Assembly (NCBI GenBank): GCA_041653875.1
Contig: JBAZEM010000003.1
Coordinates: 102,424 to 166,423, forward strand
Direction: 5' to 3'
Length of the DNA stretch: 64,000 bases
From: Kiritimatiellia bacterium
GTDB lineage: Bacteria > Verrucomicrobiota > Kiritimatiellia > JAAZAB01
Position numbers and translations under genes: made by a program. The notes under the pieces were generated by a model. That model was not told where the DNA came from, ran no database searches, and saw only the letters and a program-made list of their open reading frames with translations. The stretch's first letter is position 1. Every line of letters starts with the position of its first letter. Shown here piece by piece: positions 40,152 to 48,997 of this stretch.

Positions 40152-42098
40152 ATGCGCTTACTTTCAACAATAGTCCTTATGGCATTCCTCTGGCTGGCCG
40201 CGGCCCTGCCGCTTTTGGCCGATGACGTGACGATCAACGTCGAGGCCAACCGCAACCAGCTCTATTTGGGCGAGTCGTTTATTCTGCAAGTCAACGTCTC
40301 CGGGACCGGTGAAGCCGAGCCCGATCTCTCCCAGATCAAGAACAGCAAGGTCCGCAGTCTGGGCAAACAAAACATCAGCAACTTCAGCATCAGTTTTGTG
40401 AACGGCCAGATGACCCGGCAAGGTTTTTCAGGCCTGATCGTCAGTTATGAGATCACGCCCCTGGCCGCCGGCGCTTTTCAGGCCGGGCCGGTCATCGTCA
40501 GCGTGAACGGCAAAAGTTATACGGCGCAAGGTCCGTCCCTTTCCGTCACCGATATCGCCAAGCAGGACTTGGTCAAGCTGGCCATAACATCCTCCAGCGA
40601 AACGGCGTTGATCGATGAGCCGTTCGAAATCACGCTCACGGTGCTGATCAAACGGCTTGCGGGCAGGTTCGCCGATGCCGAGCCGATCTTCCCTGACAAG
40701 CCCCCCGTCCTGATCGTCCCCTGGTTGAACCCATCCGGCATCCCGGGCCTGAATGGGCCCGATATCGGCCAGCTCCTGAATAAGTTGCTGATCCAAAACA
40801 ACCGGCCCGGATTCGCCATCAACGACTATACATGCCAGGCCGATCCGTTCGACTTCAGCAGTTTCATGGCCGGCGGCAGACGGCGGGCGTCGTTTGCGCT
40901 GGACCATCGGCAGAGCACGCAGGACGGCAAAGATTATGCGGTCTATTCCCTCACGCTCCCCTACTCGGCCAGAGATGAGGGCAACTATGTGTTCGGCCCC
41001 GTGGAATTCAAAGGTTCCGTGCCGGTCGAGGCCGACGACACGGGCAAAGCCAACGGCACAGCCATCTTTGCGGCGGGCCCCGCCTGCACGGTGCGGGTCA
41101 TCCCGCCCCCCGAACTGAATCGGCCCGCGTGCTTCAGCGGGGCCGTTGGCAGCAACCTGGCGGTCAAGGCCAGCCTGGATGCGACCACATGTTCCGTGGG
41201 CGATCCGCTGAAATTTACCCTGGAATTAACCGGGCGGGTGCGCTTTGACAAAATGTTGCCGCCCAAATTGGCCCTGCAAACCAATCTGCTGGCGCATTTC
41301 ACCATCTATGACAACACCGTGCAAACGGTCAAGCAGGATGGCGCCTGCCGGTATATCTATACTCTGCGGCCAAAACATGCCGGGGCATTCCAGGTTCCGC
41401 CGGTTGAAGTGGCCTATTACGATGTCAAAAGCCGCGCCTATAAAACCATCGCCACCCAGATGATCCCGCTGGCCGTTAAAAAAGGCTCGGAAGTCACGGT
41501 GTCCCAAATTCAGGGTAATACCAACCGCTTGCAGGCCGCGGCCGGAACGGAGGATGACCGGACCCAGCCGATCGCGCCCGCCCGCGCGGATGCGGCCGGC
41601 GCCGACTCCATACCCCTATTGGGCGCCTCCGTCTGGCTGGCGGTGGCCGGCACCGGCCCCGCCCTGTTTCTCATTGGTTTGATGGTCCAATTCTACAGGG
41701 CGCACAACGCCATGCGCCGCGCCGCCCTGCGGCGGCAACGGGCCATGCCGCGCGCGTTGCGGCGTCTGGACAGGGCGATCAAGCTAAGCGCTTCAGATTT
41801 ATCCCGGCGGGGCTCGTCGTCCGCCGCCGATGAACTGTGCGCCGCCATGCGCCATTACATAGCCGAGCGCATGGACGTTCCAGCGGCGGGCCTCACGCCG
41901 AAGGACGCCTGTCATTTGCTGGCGACAGCCGGGGCGCCCGACGATCCTTCCAAGGAGCTATGCCGCCTTTTTGAGCATTATTTTAATGCCGGCTTTTCGA
42001 ACCGGACGGAACTCAAGGATCTCGCCGCCGATTGCCGTAAACTCAAAAAATCGATCCGGGAAATCGACAAGGACATTCACTCTCGCAAAAGACGGTGA
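40152..42098 (+). CDS. batD: BatD-like oxygen-tolerance protein
   Basis: Signal peptide followed by BatD-family beta-rich domain and C-terminal TM. Confidence 0.7.
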   Translation: MRLLSTIVLMAFLWLAAALPLLADDVTINVEANRNQLYLGESFILQVNVSGTGEAEPDLSQIKNSKVRSLGKQNISNFSISFVNGQMTRQGFSGLIVSYEITPLAAGAFQAGPVIVSVNGKSYTAQGPSLSVTDIAKQDLVKLAITSSSETALIDEPFEITLTVLIKRLAGRFADAEPIFPDKPPVLIVPWLNPSGIPGLNGPDIGQLLNKLLIQNNRPGFAINDYTCQADPFDFSSFMAGGRRRASFALDHRQSTQDGKDYAVYSLTLPYSARDEGNYVFGPVEFKGSVPVEADDTGKANGTAIFAAGPACTVRVIPPPELNRPACFSGAVGSNLAVKASLDATTCSVGDPLKFTLELTGRVRFDKMLPPKLALQTNLLAHFTIYDNTVQTVKQDGACRYIYTLRPKHAGAFQVPPVEVAYYDVKSRAYKTIATQMIPLAVKKGSEVTVSQIQGNTNRLQAAAGTEDDRTQPIAPARADAAGADSIPLLGASVWLAVAGTGPALFLIGLMVQFYRAHNAMRRAALRRQRAMPRALRRLDRAIKLSASDLSRRGSSSAADELCAAMRHYIAERMDVPAAGLTPKDACHLLATAGAPDDPSKELCRLFEHYFNAGFSNRTELKDLAADCRKLKKSIREIDKDIHSRKRR

Positions 42099-42265
42099 TC
42101 GCCATGAAAACGCCGGAAAACAAAAACAGCGCATCGAATCTTAACCGGTGTTCCGCCAAAAGCGGATCCGCCTATGAAGGAAAAACCGGCTCTACTTTCG
42201 GAATGCCTTGTCTATGTAGAGCCGATTTTATATCGGCTATTCTTGGGCCCGGACCTATTTGGCGA

Positions 42266-42877
42266 TTGGCATTGATCGTGAGTATCGCCCTGTCGGCGGC
42301 CATGTCCGCATCCGCCTTGAGCGCGTCCGAACGGGCCTTCATCTGGAATGAGGGCCAGGCACACATGGCAAGCGCCCGCACACCGGAGGCCTACCTGCGC
42401 GCCGCACAGTCGTATCGAAAACTGGTGGACGACGGCGTGCGCAACGGCCCCCTGTTTTATAATCTGGGCACGGCCCTCCTGCAGGCCGGACAGATTGAGC
42501 CGGCGATTAACGCCTTTCTGCGCGCCGAACAGTTTCTGGGCGCCCAGAGCGACATCCGCCAAAACCTTAAAATCGCCATGGCGCGCAAGGCCAATAACGA
42601 AACCGCGGAATGGCCCTGGTATCGCCTGGTGCTGTTCTGGCATTTCTATCTGTCCGCCGCCACGCGCGCACTGGCGGCCGCGATCGCGTTTTTTATCTTT
42701 TGGGCCGTATTGACCCTGCGGCTGGCGGCAATTCGACAAAGCTGGGTAAATGTCATCCTGATCATGGCCGCCGTTGCCGTGATCCTGTGCGGATCGAGCG
42801 TGGCCGCCTCATGGTGGCAGCAGGAAGCCGAGGCCAGCGCTTCCCAACTTATTCAGACACCGATGGCAAGCAAATAA
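42266..42877 (+). CDS. TPR-repeat protein of the Bat operon (BatC/BatE-like); start uncertain (TTG 42266 / GTG 42278 / ATG ~42300)
   Basis: TPR-like segment (AYLRAAQSYRKLVDDGVRNGPLFYNLGTALLQAGQIEPAINAF). N-terminal hydrophobic segment. The listed ORF start at 42095 reads through a family A repeat. Confidence 0.5.
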   Translation: MALIVSIALSAAMSASALSASERAFIWNEGQAHMASARTPEAYLRAAQSYRKLVDDGVRNGPLFYNLGTALLQAGQIEPAINAFLRAEQFLGAQSDIRQNLKIAMARKANNETAEWPWYRLVLFWHFYLSAATRALAAAIAFFIFWAVLTLRLAAIRQSWVNVILIMAAVAVILCGSSVAASWWQQEAEASASQLIQTPMASK

Positions 42878-42950
42878 ATACGCCCGGGCGCCCCTTTTCT
42901 GTCATTATAATCTTTACCTTCGCCGCATAAGATGATAAATTAATTTTGTA

Positions 42951-43286
42951 ATGCAAACGGAACCTGCCATAACTACGACTATGACCCAAATGGAACTGGC
43001 GGAGGAGTTCCGCCGTCTGTTTTGGGATCGCCCCTTGGAAGCGAGCGATATTGACGCCTATCCTCAGTGGGTGGTTAAACGCGTGCTGGACTATGGCGAT
43101 TTGCCGGATGTTCAGGCGGCCCTGCGTTATTTTGGGCGGGATCGCTTTTTCGCCTTGGTAAACGGGATCCGTTTTGACTCCATTCGAACGGAGCGCTTCT
43201 GGCAACAACTCATGACCCATGAAGGATTGACGCCATGCACACAGAAACCCTGCCCCGGGGAAGCCGGCAAACTCTGGATTGGTTAG
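42951..43286 (+). CDS. Small protein immediately upstream of and overlapping the AbiEii-like gene; candidate cognate partner/antitoxin
   Basis: 111 aa, no recognisable domain. 52-nt overlap with the downstream NTase gene. Confidence 0.4.
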   Translation: MQTEPAITTTMTQMELAEEFRRLFWDRPLEASDIDAYPQWVVKRVLDYGDLPDVQAALRYFGRDRFFALVNGIRFDSIRTERFWQQLMTHEGLTPCTQKPCPGEAGKLWIG

Positions 43287-44011
43287 ACCGCCTAAGCGCA
43301 CCCGCCCTACGGAATTGGATATTAGCCGGCGGCACAGGGTTGGCCCTCCAGATCGGCCATCGTATTTCGGAGGACTTCGACTTTTTTCGAACGGACGACA
43401 TGGACGCGCGCGCGCTCCACGACGTTTTCAAAGCCTATGGGGCGTATGAAACCCTGCAGGAAGCCGAGCATACGCTGACGGTCCGTTTGGACCGGACCAA
43501 GCTTTCATTTTTTTGCGTCCGCGATCCGTTCCTGTTCGGCAGTCTGCCTTACCGATTTTTCACGATCGCGGACATAACCGACATTGCCCTGATGAAAATT
43601 GCCGCCATTTCGGGACGTGGCAGCCGCAAGGATTTTATAGACCTTTTTTTTATTCTCTCCGGGCCGCCTTTTTTAGCCGAAAAGTCCGGTGGCTTGTCCC
43701 GGGAAGCATCCTCCGCCGCCGAAGCGGCTATGGAGGACAGGATGGCGTTCTTGGCTTCCCAGGGTTCCGCGAAGATGCTCCGCGGCAAGCCGCAGAGCGC
43801 TTCGCTTTTCTTGCGTCAAATCCTGGAACTCACCATAAAAAAATACGGCGCCAGCCGCGCCAATCGCTACCACCTCTTGAAAAGCCTCACTTATTTTGAC
43901 GACGCCGAACGGGAGCCTATGCCGCAAATGCTTCGCGCCGTTGATTGGAACGCCTGCAAACGTTTTTTTATCCAAGCGGCGCAAGACGTGATTATGCAAC
44001 TCGAATCCTGA
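43235..44011 (+). CDS. AbiEii/DUF1814-family nucleotidyltransferase (type IV toxin-like)
   Basis: LAGGTGLALQIGHRISEDFDFF. Matches the GGTAL..HR.SEDLDF signature of AbiEii/AbiGii NTases. Confidence 0.65.
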   Translation: MHTETLPRGSRQTLDWLDRLSAPALRNWILAGGTGLALQIGHRISEDFDFFRTDDMDARALHDVFKAYGAYETLQEAEHTLTVRLDRTKLSFFCVRDPFLFGSLPYRFFTIADITDIALMKIAAISGRGSRKDFIDLFFILSGPPFLAEKSGGLSREASSAAEAAMEDRMAFLASQGSAKMLRGKPQSASLFLRQILELTIKKYGASRANRYHLLKSLTYFDDAEREPMPQMLRAVDWNACKRFFIQAAQDVIMQLES

Positions 44012-44021
44012 GGGCAAACCA

Positions 44022-45026
44022 ATTTCCGCATCCGTTGCCATCAACGACCGACCGGCTTTCCCGGCGAAGACGGGGCAATCCCTGCTGGCCGCGCTGAAGG
44101 CGCAGTCCATCTTCGTGCCTTCCGCCTGCGGCGGGCACGGGATGTGCGGGCTGTGCCAAGTCAAGGTGCTTGCGGGCGCCGGGCCCTGCACAGACCGGGA
44201 GCAGGCGCTCCTGAGCGAGACGGCGCGCCGGGCGGGCATGCGCCTGGCCTGCCAGGTTCCGGTGGAGCGCGATTTGCGCCTCGCCATTCCCAACGATTAT
44301 TTTACCGCGCGCGAATACAAGGCGGAAGTCGCCGCGCTCCGCGACCTGACCCCGGACATCCGCGAGATCACACTCCGGCTTCGATCGCCGCCCGCCATCG
44401 ATTTCAAGGCCGGCCAATATATCCAATTGCGCATTCCGCCTTACGAACAGTCCCGCCGCACAATCTACCGCGCTTACTCCATCGCCTCGCCGCCCTCGGA
44501 CCACGGCCGGCTGGAACTGGAAGTCCGCCGCGTTTTGAACGGCGTGGGCACAACCTATCTTTTCAAGCATCTGTCCTTGAACACCCCCGTGGTTTTCAAC
44601 GGACCTTATGGCGAATTTTACCTGCGCGAAAACGACCGGGCCGTCGTTCTGATTGCCGGCGGCGCGGGCATGGCGCCCATGAAAGCCATGCTGGACGATA
44701 TGCGGGAGCGTAAAATTCGCCGCGAGGTCCGCTATTTTTTCGGCGCCCGCGCGCGCCGCGATCTTTTCCTGATGCCCGAGATGCAGGCGCTGGAGCAAAG
44801 CCTGGCGGATTTCAGGTTTATCCCCGCGCTCTCCAAGCCATTGCCGGAGGATGATTGGACCGGCGAAACGGGACTGATCACCGAGGTGCTGTGCCGGCAA
44901 TTGGAAAACCCATATTCCGGGGAAGCCTATCTTTGCGGCAGCCCGGCCATGATCCAGGCCTGTATCAAGATACTGCGGGAAAAAGGCGTAGCCAAGGATC
45001 GCATATTTTACGACGCCTTCGCGTGA
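44022..45026 (+). CDS. NqrF-like oxidoreductase: 2Fe-2S ferredoxin domain + FAD/NAD(P)-binding ferredoxin reductase domain; start codon uncertain (ATT 44022 or GTG 44115)
   Basis: SACGGHGMCGLCQV...LACQ Cys4 motif. RAYSIAS FAD motif. GGAGMAPM NAD motif. The in-frame ferredoxin domain extends 31 codons upstream of the GTG used by the ORF track, with no ATG/GTG/TTG. Confidence 0.6.
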   Translation: MSASVAINDRPAFPAKTGQSLLAALKAQSIFVPSACGGHGMCGLCQVKVLAGAGPCTDREQALLSETARRAGMRLACQVPVERDLRLAIPNDYFTAREYKAEVAALRDLTPDIREITLRLRSPPAIDFKAGQYIQLRIPPYEQSRRTIYRAYSIASPPSDHGRLELEVRRVLNGVGTTYLFKHLSLNTPVVFNGPYGEFYLRENDRAVVLIAGGAGMAPMKAMLDDMRERKIRREVRYFFGARARRDLFLMPEMQALEQSLADFRFIPALSKPLPEDDWTGETGLITEVLCRQLENPYSGEAYLCGSPAMIQACIKILREKGVAKDRIFYDAFA

Positions 45027-45163
45027 TTTTGGTCTCAATCGCTAAATTAAGTCTTGGGCAACTTTGCCGTTCTCACGAACGGCGACTACACCGATCAAGT
45101 GTAGTCGCGCTTCGAGAGAACCGCTATGTTTTTAAAATTCCCATGCATTGAACCGAGGTAATT

Positions 45164-45646
45164 ATGCAAAAAAAATCCATGGACGCCCTTGAACGGACCC
45201 TGCGCCAGGCGAGCGCCGCCGGCGCGGGATTTCTGGGACAAGACGAGCGGCGCCTGGCGGTCATTCTCCGGGCCGATGGCGGGGCCGTCCGGCGGCGCGG
45301 ATTGACCAATGCGCGCATCGCCCGGCGTCTGCTGGCCTTGCGCCAGGCCGGATGGGAAGGACTGGGCGAGCCGGTGTCCGCCCCCCCCCATTGCGAGGTA
45401 TGCGTGGATGCCGCGCGCGGCACACTGCCCTGTCCGTTTGGCGATCGGGGCTCGTTCGCCAAAGTCAACACAACGGTCCGCAACCTTGCAAGCGGGCAGA
45501 AGATCACGTTCAGCGATTTAAATATCCACCTGATTGCCGCTCATGGGTTTTACGAGGGCCGCGGCGCCCAATTTCGCCTCGACCCGGAGCAATTGATGGA
45601 CACGCTGGAAATGGGGACAATAAAAAAACATGATGGAATACATTGA
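45164..45646 (+). CDS. Hypothetical protein with HCEVC...LPCPFGD cysteine motif
   Basis: 160 aa, no family recognised. Confidence 0.35.
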   Translation: MQKKSMDALERTLRQASAAGAGFLGQDERRLAVILRADGGAVRRRGLTNARIARRLLALRQAGWEGLGEPVSAPPHCEVCVDAARGTLPCPFGDRGSFAKVNTTVRNLASGQKITFSDLNIHLIAAHGFYEGRGAQFRLDPEQLMDTLEMGTIKKHDGIH

Positions 45647-45726
45647 TTTCGCGCAAAGACGATGATAATGGTTATAGTGCACACGACCCGTCATGGAAAC
45701 GACGCAACAAGGGAGGAGCCGGCGTT

Positions 45727-46056
45727 ATGCAGATCGAAACCGTCAAGATCGATCAGACAATCGTCATGGAAATCAAAGGCCGCATGGATGTCATTGCCGC
45801 AATGGAATACGAAAAAGAGATCATGGCGTGTCTCCAGCGCGGCGAACGAAAATTCGTCGTGGACCTTAATGCCTTGGACTATATCAGCAGCGCCGGTCTG
45901 CGCAGCCTGCTGACCACCGCCAAGAAAATCAAGGAGGCCAAGGGCACAGCCAACTTCTGCAATGTCAAAGGCGTCGTCAAGGAAGTCTTTGCCATGTCCG
46001 GCTTCGACTCGATCTTGCCGATCTTCAAGTCGGTGAAGGATGCCTTGCCGCGTTAG
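45727..46056 (+). CDS. STAS-domain protein (anti-sigma-factor antagonist-like)
   Basis: SpoIIAA-like: LDYISSAGLRSLL with conserved Ser. GGAGG RBS and ATG at 45727. Confidence 0.7.
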   Translation: MQIETVKIDQTIVMEIKGRMDVIAAMEYEKEIMACLQRGERKFVVDLNALDYISSAGLRSLLTTAKKIKEAKGTANFCNVKGVVKEVFAMSGFDSILPIFKSVKDALPR

Positions 46057-46060
46057 ACCT

Positions 46061-46393
46061 ATGCAAATCATCGTCAAAAAGAGGGACTCCGCCGCCGTCT
46101 TGAGCATCCATGGCCATTTTAACGCCGCCGCTGTCCCGGAATTCGAGCGGATTTTCAACCAGCATCTGGATGCCGGCGAACGCCGTTTCGTCTTGAACCT
46201 GGCCGAACTGACCTTCATCAGCAGTGCGAGCCTGTGTAGTATTCTTGCGACCGCCAAAAAAATCAAGGAGCGGGGCGGAAACATGGTGGTCTGCGCCCTG
46301 CAAGGCGAAGCGCGCAAAGTTTTCGATATCTCCGGGTTCGCCGCCTTGTTTTCCATTTATCCTACGGAAGCGGAGGCGCTCAAACAGGTATGA
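46061..46393 (+). CDS. STAS-domain protein, second tandem paralog
   Basis: LTFISSASLCSIL STAS motif. Immediately follows the first. Confidence 0.7.
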   Translation: MQIIVKKRDSAAVLSIHGHFNAAAVPEFERIFNQHLDAGERRFVLNLAELTFISSASLCSILATAKKIKERGGNMVVCALQGEARKVFDISGFAALFSIYPTEAEALKQV

Positions 46394-46479
46394 TCTCTGT
46401 CCGACGACCATGAACCAGCCCCCCCCTCATCCCCGCAGTCTCCCGCTCTTGTTCGGCGCAATGATTCGTTTTTTTAACT

Positions 46480-46925
46480 TCTACATCGAGTTAGGCGGCC
46501 AAAGGCCGCGACTTTGCCGTTCTCTCGAACGGCGCTACAACGATCCGGTGTAGTTGCGGTTCGATAGAACCGCTTGCCGCCGTGTGGATTGAAATTCCTT
46601 AGCATCAAGTTAGGCCCCGCAGCGGGGCGGCTTTTCATAACGCCCGGTGAGGGCACCGGGCCTACAGTATTGTAGGCCGGGTCCCCTGACCCGGCGGGTT
46701 TGGATTTCCTATACATCAAGTTAGACCCCGAGGAAGGGGGCAACTTTTTCATGTAGAGCCGACTTTATGTCGGCTATCTTCGGACAGAATAGCCGGTATT
46801 CCGCCAAAAGCGGATCCGCCTATGGAGGAAAAACCGGCTCTACATCGGATTGTTATGCCATAGGCATATCCGCCACCCGCCGTCGCATAAAGCTATGGCG
46901 GGCAGGCTGGCGGAAAATTCCTGTA
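46480..46925. repeat. Repeat cluster: family C, family B/E hairpins (gttaggccccgc..., ataacgcccggtgagggcaccgggcc...gtaggccgggtcccctgacccggcggg), family A units
   Basis: Seen in sequence. Modules match copies at 39945-40140 and 20990-21330. Confidence 0.7.
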
Positions 46926-47124
46926 CATGCACTAATCGCCGAGCGCATAAAATCGCGCTTTGCCGACTTCTTGCGGCACAAAATTACCAAAATCAAACAT
47001 GAAATTGCTATAAAGTCACGGCGGCAAATGGCACGATACGGGCCGTTTTAATAAAAGGATTCAATAAGGTCTATGGCGGCTTCCATACAAAAGCCGAAAC
47101 CGTATCGGATGAAAGAATAGCGCC

Positions 47125-47826
47125 ATGTGCGAAAAATGTGGATGTTCAGATCGTGCGAGCCATCACCGTGCGTCAGACCATGACCGCGCGGACCTGCGCC
47201 ATCTGGACCACCTTGCGGAACAGAATCGAATGTTTTTCCAATCCAAGCGCGTGCTGGCCATCAATGTGCTGTCGTTTTCCTCATCCAGCGCCCGTCCGTT
47301 GCTCCGGCAAACGGTGGCCGAATGGGGCCGGCATCGTCATGTGGCTGTGGTGGACAGCGTCTTTTTGGAGTCCATTCATGCGGCCCATGATCATGAGTCC
47401 AGCCATTGCCATGCCCACGACGAGGCCGGGGAGGATCTGGGGTTGCTGGATGCGCACAAAATCAGCCATGCATTGCACGCCCTGGATTTGGACGGGGTGG
47501 ATGTTCTTCTCCTGGAAAACGGCGGAAGCGCCGCCTGCCAGGCGCTGAACGATTTGGGCGAAGTCCTCCGCGTAGCGGTCTTTTCCGTCCGGGATGGCGA
47601 ACTGAAACCGCTCAAGTTTCCTCCATTTTTCCAGAAGGCCGACGCTGTCGTTATCCAGGACATGGATCAGGCGGACGCGCTCGGCTTTGACCTGAGCAAG
47701 GCCCGCGCAAACGTCCGGAGCGTGGCGCCCCAGGCCGCGTTACTGGAGGCCTCGGCTCGCACGGGAACGGGGCTTGGCGAATGGTATGCGTTTTTGGAAG
47801 CGGGTTTGAAACGGTTCGAGGCGTAA
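47125..47826 (+). CDS. HypB-like (G3E family) metallochaperone homolog with degenerate Walker A / G4 motifs
   Basis: N-terminal MCEKCGC (HypB high-affinity Ni CxxCGC). His-rich stretch. Region aligns to HypB NLVSSPGSGKTTLL but reads NVLSFSSSSARPLL. CH and ENxG..C metal motifs are retained. The NKxD position reads QDMD. Confidence 0.6.
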   Translation: MCEKCGCSDRASHHRASDHDRADLRHLDHLAEQNRMFFQSKRVLAINVLSFSSSSARPLLRQTVAEWGRHRHVAVVDSVFLESIHAAHDHESSHCHAHDEAGEDLGLLDAHKISHALHALDLDGVDVLLLENGGSAACQALNDLGEVLRVAVFSVRDGELKPLKFPPFFQKADAVVIQDMDQADALGFDLSKARANVRSVAPQAALLEASARTGTGLGEWYAFLEAGLKRFEA

Positions 47827-47844
47827 GGTAGTCTCCGAGGAATG

Positions 47845-48040
47845 GAGTGACTTTTTCATGTAGAGCCGATTTTATGTCGGCTATCTTCGGGGCATAATAG
47901 CCGGTATTCCGCCAAAAGCGGATCCGCCTATGGAGGAAAAACCGGCTCTACATCGGATTGTCCGCCCCAGGCTGATCCGCCTCCCGCCGCCGCATAAAGC
48001 CATGGCTGGCAGGCTGGCGAAAAATTCCTTAACATCAACG
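47845..48040. repeat. Family A MITE-like repeat copy upstream of the HMT gene
   Basis: tgtagagccgattttatgtcggctatcttcgg...ggcggatccgcctatggaggaaaaaccggctctacatcggattg. Confidence 0.7.
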
Positions 48041-48079
48041 CGGATGGAAAACACAAACGGCAACAAGGAGAAAGTCGGC

Positions 48080-48976
48080 ATGGCAAAGAATACAATCGCG
48101 AATGAAGTCCACAAGGGGCGCGTTCTGGTATCCGACGGGGCATGGGGAACGTTTTTGCAGAAGAAAGGCTTGAAGACGGGCGAATGCCCTGAACTCTGGT
48201 GCGTAACGCACCAACCGGATGTGCTCGACATTGCCAGGAGCTATATCGCCGCCGGCGCCGACATGATCGAATCCGACAGCTTCGGCGGCACACGCTACAA
48301 ACTGGAGCATTTTGGCCTGGCGGACCGCACCGCGGAAATCAATAAAGCCGCCGCCGCCATTTCCCGGGAAGCGGCCGGCGCCGACAAGTGGGTGATCGCC
48401 TCTGTCGGCCCAACCGGACGGATGACGGCCATGGGCGACGTGACGGAGCAGGATTTGTATGACGCGTTCAAGGAACAAGCCCTGGCCCTGGCCGCCGGCG
48501 GCGCGGATGCGTTGTGCATCGAAACCATGAGCGCCCTGGACGAAGCCTCCGCCGCGATCCGCGCCACGCGCGAAAACACAAAATGCGAAGTCATCTGCAC
48601 GTTCACGTTCGATCGCACCCTGCAGGGCGGATATCGAACCATGATGGGCGTATCGCCGACTGAGGCGGCCCGCGCGGCCGTGGCCGCCGGCGCCCATGCG
48701 ATCGGCGCCAACTGCGGCAACGGCATGGAACGGATGATCGAGATCGTGAAAGAAATGCGCGCGGCGGCGCCCAAGACCCCGATCCTGGTGCATGCCAATG
48801 CCGGCCTGCCGAAGAACGTGAACGGCGTGGACGTCTTTCCGGAAACTCCGGCTGACATGGCCGGCCGCGTGGCGCCCCTGGTGGCGGCCGGCGCAAACAT
48901 TATTGGCGGATGTTGCGGCACCACGCCGGCGCATATCGCGGCCATCCGCAAAGCAGTGGACGGATTAAAACGTTAA
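48080..48976 (+). CDS. Homocysteine S-methyltransferase-domain protein (MetH Hcy-binding/MmuM-like, Zn-dependent)
   Basis: GGCCGTTPAHI zinc motif, GANCGNG, TIM-barrel Hcy-domain pattern. AAGGAG RBS and ATG at 48080. The listed ORF start lies in a repeat. Confidence 0.75.
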   Translation: MAKNTIANEVHKGRVLVSDGAWGTFLQKKGLKTGECPELWCVTHQPDVLDIARSYIAAGADMIESDSFGGTRYKLEHFGLADRTAEINKAAAAISREAAGADKWVIASVGPTGRMTAMGDVTEQDLYDAFKEQALALAAGGADALCIETMSALDEASAAIRATRENTKCEVICTFTFDRTLQGGYRTMMGVSPTEAARAAVAAGAHAIGANCGNGMERMIEIVKEMRAAAPKTPILVHANAGLPKNVNGVDVFPETPADMAGRVAPLVAAGANIIGGCCGTTPAHIAAIRKAVDGLKR

Positions 48977-48997
48977 CCTGGAACGAAAGGAGCCCGT

